From Octopus sinensis (taxonomy: Eukaryota), in contig NC_043017.1 of the NCBI RefSeq assembly GCF_006345805.1, positions 23,684,001-23,748,000 of the forward strand: 64,000 nt of DNA, in the 5' to 3' direction. Position 1 is the first letter of the stretch, and each line of letters starts with the position of its first letter. Position numbers and translations under genes: made by a program. Of this stretch, positions 59,901-64,000 are shown piece after piece. The notes beneath the pieces were generated by a model. It was not told where the DNA came from. It did no database searches and was given only the letters and a program-made list of their open reading frames with translations.

Positions 59901-62208
59901 GGTGCTTTTAACGTGCCACTGGCACGGAAGCCAGCCAAGGCGGCGCTGGCATCGGCCACGTTCGGATGGTGCTTTTTATGTGCCACCAGCACAGAAGCCA
60001 GTCGAGGTGGCGCTGGCATCGGCCACGTTCGGATGGTGCTTTTTATGTGCCACCAGCACAGAAGCCAGTCGAGGTGGCGCTGGCATCGGCCACGTTCGGA
60101 TGGTGCTTTTTGTGCCACCAGCACAGAAGCCAGTCGGGCAGCGCTGGCATCGGCCACGTTCGGATGGTGCTTTTTATGTGCCACCAGCACAGAAGCCAGT
60201 CGAGGCGGCGCTGGCATCGGCCACGTTCGGATGGTGCTTTTTATGTGCCACCAGCACAGAAGCCAGTCGAGGCGGCGCTGGCATCGCCACGTTCGATGGT
60301 GCTTTTTATGTGCCACCAGCACAGAAGCCAGTCGAGGCGGCGCTGGCATCGGCCACGTTCGGATGGTGCTTTTTATGTGCCACCAGCACAGAAGCCAGTC
60401 GAGGCGGCGCTGTTATCGGCCACGTTCGATGGTGCTTTTTGTGCCACCAGCACAGAAGCCAGTCGAGGCAGCGCTGGCATCGGCCACGTTCGGATGGTGC
60501 TTTTTATGTGCCACCAGCACAGAAGCCAGTCGAGGCGGCGCTGGCATCGGCCACGTTCGGATGGTGCTTTTTATGTGCCACCAGCACAGAAGCCAGTCGA
60601 GGTGGCGCTGGCATCGACCACGTTCGGATGGTGCTTTTTATGTGCCACCAGCACAGAAACCAGTCGAGGCGGCGCTGGCATCGGCCACGTTCGGATGGTG
60701 CTTTTTGTGCCACCAGCACAGAAGCCAGTCGAGGCAGCGCTGGCATCGGCCACGTTCGGATGGTGCTTTTTATGTGCCACCAGCACAGAAGCCAGTCGAG
60801 GCGGCGCTGGCATCGGCCACGTTCGGATGGTGCTTTTTATGTGCCACCAGCACAGAAGCCAGTCGAGGCGGCGCTGGCATCGGCCACGTTCGGATGGTGC
60901 TTTTTATGTGCCACCAGCACAGAAGCCAGTCGAGGCGGCGCTGGCATCGGCCACGTTCGGATGGTGCTTTTTATGTGCCACCAGCACAGAAGCCAGTCGA
61001 GGCGGCGCTGTTATCGGCCACGTTCGGATGGTGCTTTTTATGTGCCACCAGCACAGAAGCCAGTCGAGGCAGCGCTGGCATCGGCCACGTTCGGATGGTG
61101 CTTTTTGTACCACCAGCACAGAAGCCAGTCGAGGCAGCGCTGGCATCGGCCACGTTCGGAATGTGCTTTTTATGTGCCACCAGCACAGAAGCCAGTCGAG
61201 GCAGCGCTGGCATCGGCCACGTTCGGATGGTGCTTTTTATGTGCCACCAGCACAGAAGCCAGTCGAGGTGGCGCTGGCATCGGCCACGTTCGGATGGTGC
61301 TTTTTATGTGCCACCAGCACAGAAGCCAGTCGAGGCAGCGCTGGCATCGGCCACGTTCGGATGGTGCTTTTTATGTGCCACCAGCACAGAAGCCAGTCGA
61401 GGCGGCGCTGGCATCGGCCACGTTCGGATGGTGCTTTTTATGTGCCACCAGCACAGAAGCCAGTCGAGGTGGCGCTGGCATCGACCACGTTCGGATGGTG
61501 CTTTTTATGTGCCACCAGCACAGAAACCAGTCGAGGCGGCGCTGGCATCTGCCACGTTCGGATGGTGCTTTTTATGTGCCACCAGCACAGAAGCCAGTCG
61601 AGGCAGCGCTGGCATCGGCCACGTTCAGATGGAGCTTTTTATGTGCCACCAGCACAGAAGCCAGTCGAGGTGGCGCTGGCATCGGCCACGTTCGGATGGT
61701 GCTTTTTATGTGCCACCAGCACAGAAGCCAGTCGAGGCGGCGCTGGCATCGACCACGTTCGGATGGTGCTTTTTATGTACCACCAGCACAGAAGCCAGTC
61801 GAGGCAGCGCTGGCATCGGCCACGTTCAGATGGAGCTTTTTATGTGCCACCAGCACAGAAGCCAGTCGAGGTGGCGCTGGCATCGGCCACGTTCGGATGG
61901 TGCTTTTTATGTGCCACCAGCACTGAAGCCAGTCGAGGCAGCGCTGGCATCGGCCACGTTCGGATGGTGCTTTTTATGTACCACCAGCACAGAAGCCAGT
62001 CGAGGCGGCGCTGGCATCAGCCACGTTCGGATGGTGCTTTTTATGTGCCACCAGCACAGAAGCCAGTCGAGGCGGCGCTGGCATCGGCCACGTTCGGATG
62101 GTGCTTTTTATGTGCCACCAGCACAGAAGCCAGTCGAGGCGGCGCTGGCATCGGCCACGTTCAGATGGAGCTTTTTATGTGCCACCAGCACAGAAGCCAG
62201 TCGAGGCG
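59901..62208. repeat. 67-bp tandem array, 34 full units plus 1 partial
   Basis: Consensus GGTGCTTTTTATGTGCCACCAGCACAGAAGCCAGTCGAGGCGGCGCTGGCATCGGCCACGTTCGGAT, counted by hand. A few 64-66 bp variants. Confidence 0.97.
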
Positions 62209-62227
62209 TGTGTGTATATGTGCATGT

Positions 62228-62450
62228 TTGATCATCATCATCGTCATCGTTTTTTTAAATGTCCAATTTTCATGCTTGTATTGGTCTGACAGAATTCATT
62301 GTGGTAGATTTTCTATGGCCAGATGCCCTTCCTGTCACCAACCCTCACCTGTTTCCAAGCCACATAATATTTCCCCACAACCAGACAATGATTCCACAGG
62401 ATATTGGAAATGAGAAACAGTTACATTCATTCATAACTATTGTGGAATAT
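62228..62450 (-). mobile_element. Family C2 repeat
   Basis: (CAT)n tail, GGCCAGATGCCCTTCCTGTCACCAACCCTCACCTGTTTCCAAG. Confidence 0.7.
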
Positions 62451-62452
62451 CA

Positions 62453-62523
<71 letters not shown>

Positions 62524-63084
62524 ACACAAATGTCTTAAAAGAAAAAGAACAATTTCAGTAATAAAGTTCAATGTGACATCACTGGCTCATTGGGGGGGGG
62601 GGTACATTTTATTTATTCATTATTTCAAGGAAGGCAGCTTATTTGTTTATTTATTTGTCTTTTTAATGCATTATGGGAATAATAATCTCATTGGTTGTTG
62701 GTTTCCAATGAGCCAATCACTGCTTCCCTACTTTTATGACGACAAGAGTGACAAACAATTGTCTGTATTATTGCAAGGGATTTCAATCAAATGTACTGGT
62801 TTCTTAAGTCTGTTGCTAAAAAATATATACATACCATATTTTCCAGTATATGAATAAAGTTTTCAGAGCAAAATTTACAGCCCCAAAATGAGATAGGTCA
62901 ACTTATACACCAGTTTGATCTTGGAGGACCAAAAATTCCATGTGAAATGCAGGAGGATATGGAAAGACAGTGATGATGTTTGAATGTTTATGCTACATGT
63001 TTACACTAAATACTACATCAATTTGTATGCTGGAAAATACAGTACATGCTCAGTCATACATACACGCATATATACAACAGGTTT

Positions 63085-63320
63085 TAAGGCAGCGAGCTGG
63101 CAGAAACGTTAGAACGCCGGGCGAAATGCATAGCTGTATTTCGTCTGCCGTCACGTTCTGAGTTCAAATTCCGCCGAGGTTGACTTTGCCTTTCATCCTT
63201 TCGGGGTCGATAAATTAAGTACCAGTTACACACTGGGGTCGATATAATCGACTTAATCCGTTTGTCTGTCCTTGTTTTTCCTCTCTGTGTTTAGCCCCTT
63301 GTGGGTAGTAAAGAAATAGG
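63085..63320 (+). mobile_element. SINE family B1, young copy
   Basis: GGCAGCGAGCTGGCAGAAACGTTAG head, CTGAGTTCAAATTCC, ends GGGTAGTAAAGAAATAGG. CpGs largely intact. Confidence 0.9.
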
Positions 63321-63563
63321 TTTCTGCACAGTTTCCACTGACCAAATTCCACTCAAGGTTTTAACCATTTGGTTCTCTGATAAAAGGCCTTTCCTGAAGG
63401 TTCAGCTCTGTGGTATCAACCCTAGAATCACCTAGTTGTGAAGCAAACTTTGGACTCATACAGCCATGCCCAAGGCATTTGTTTTAATGTTAAACATACA
63501 AAAAAGTCATTTTAGGGAAAGGTCTACAAACGTACTACTTTATCAATTTACTTTTCTACTTAA

Positions 63564-63778
63564 CCCTTTAGCATTTAAACCGGTAATATCTGATGTCCAG
63601 CCATAATATTCTGTTTTATATTCGAAGTGGCCAGATCTGGCCTCTCACACTTACCCTACAATGTCATTCTGAAAACATACAAACACATCATTGAAATCTC
63701 AAGCTATGAGATAATGATGCATTGTTAATTCAAAATAATGGGAATAAATAGGGACAGAATAATTTGAACACTAAAGGG
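63564..63778. mobile_element. piggyBac-type MITE
   Basis: TTAA|CCCTTTAG ... CTAAAGGG|TTAA, homologous to 34614-34834. Confidence 0.88.
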
Positions 63779-64000
63779 TTAAATTCATAAAAAAGAAAAA
63801 AAAAGGCTGAAAGCTTCCCAAATGTGCAGGGGATGATTTGTGGCAGAACATAGTTGGGGAGTAAGGGTTGCAACTAGCTAAAAAGGTTCTTCTTAATGTA
63901 AGACTTTTTTGTTTTAGGGAGCTGATGACCGAGTGACATAACAGAGTTTCACTATTTCATCATCATCATCATCGTTTAGTGTCTGCTTTCCATGCTAGCA

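Noticed and set aside
59901-62208. CRISPR-like array
   Set aside because: Units are contiguous with no unique spacers, there are no cas genes, and the context is eukaryotic.
59901-62208. HDV-like ribozyme resemblance in the reverse unit (CAGCGCCGCCTCGACTGGC)
   Set aside because: Only a short word-level similarity. I could not build the nested double pseudoknot.
59850-62413. Three overlapping ORFs of 675-815 aa
   Set aside because: They arise because the 67-bp unit has no + strand stop and 67 is not divisible by 3, so all frames cycle through the same peptide. No splice or domain evidence.
62573-62857. ORF containing KQLSVLLQG as the next PLD exon
   Set aside because: Only a 3-residue match to KQLExYL, with no suitable splice sites or downstream similarity.

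Overview
AT-rich, repeat-saturated animal genomic DNA. The tRNA-derived SINE set, RTE/CR1/R4/Hero LINE remnants, mariner and piggyBac-type MITEs and dense (TA)n/(CA)n/(ATT)n/(GAT)n tracts suggest a coleoid cephalopod, most likely Octopus (inference from repeat content). The only host coding sequence I can support is three short + strand exons (36255-36405, 44460-44588, 52160-52265) that splice in frame and encode the N-terminal PX region of a phospholipase D (PLD1/PLD2 type). The ORF track misses the first two of these exons. All long ORFs in the track are transposon remnants or simple-repeat artefacts. SINE family letters A-E are my own working labels. Most notable non-coding structures: a 35-unit CpG-rich 67-bp array grown inside an RTE-3'UTR-like element, two hammerhead-ribozyme-like motifs in Penelope-like repeats, two long fold-back hairpins (one perfect, 215 bp upstream of a PLD exon), a head-to-head pair of R4/Dong fragments, and a candidate recursive splice site. 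Repeat boundaries are approximate unless terminal motifs are quoted. All homology calls are by eye or from memory, with no database search.
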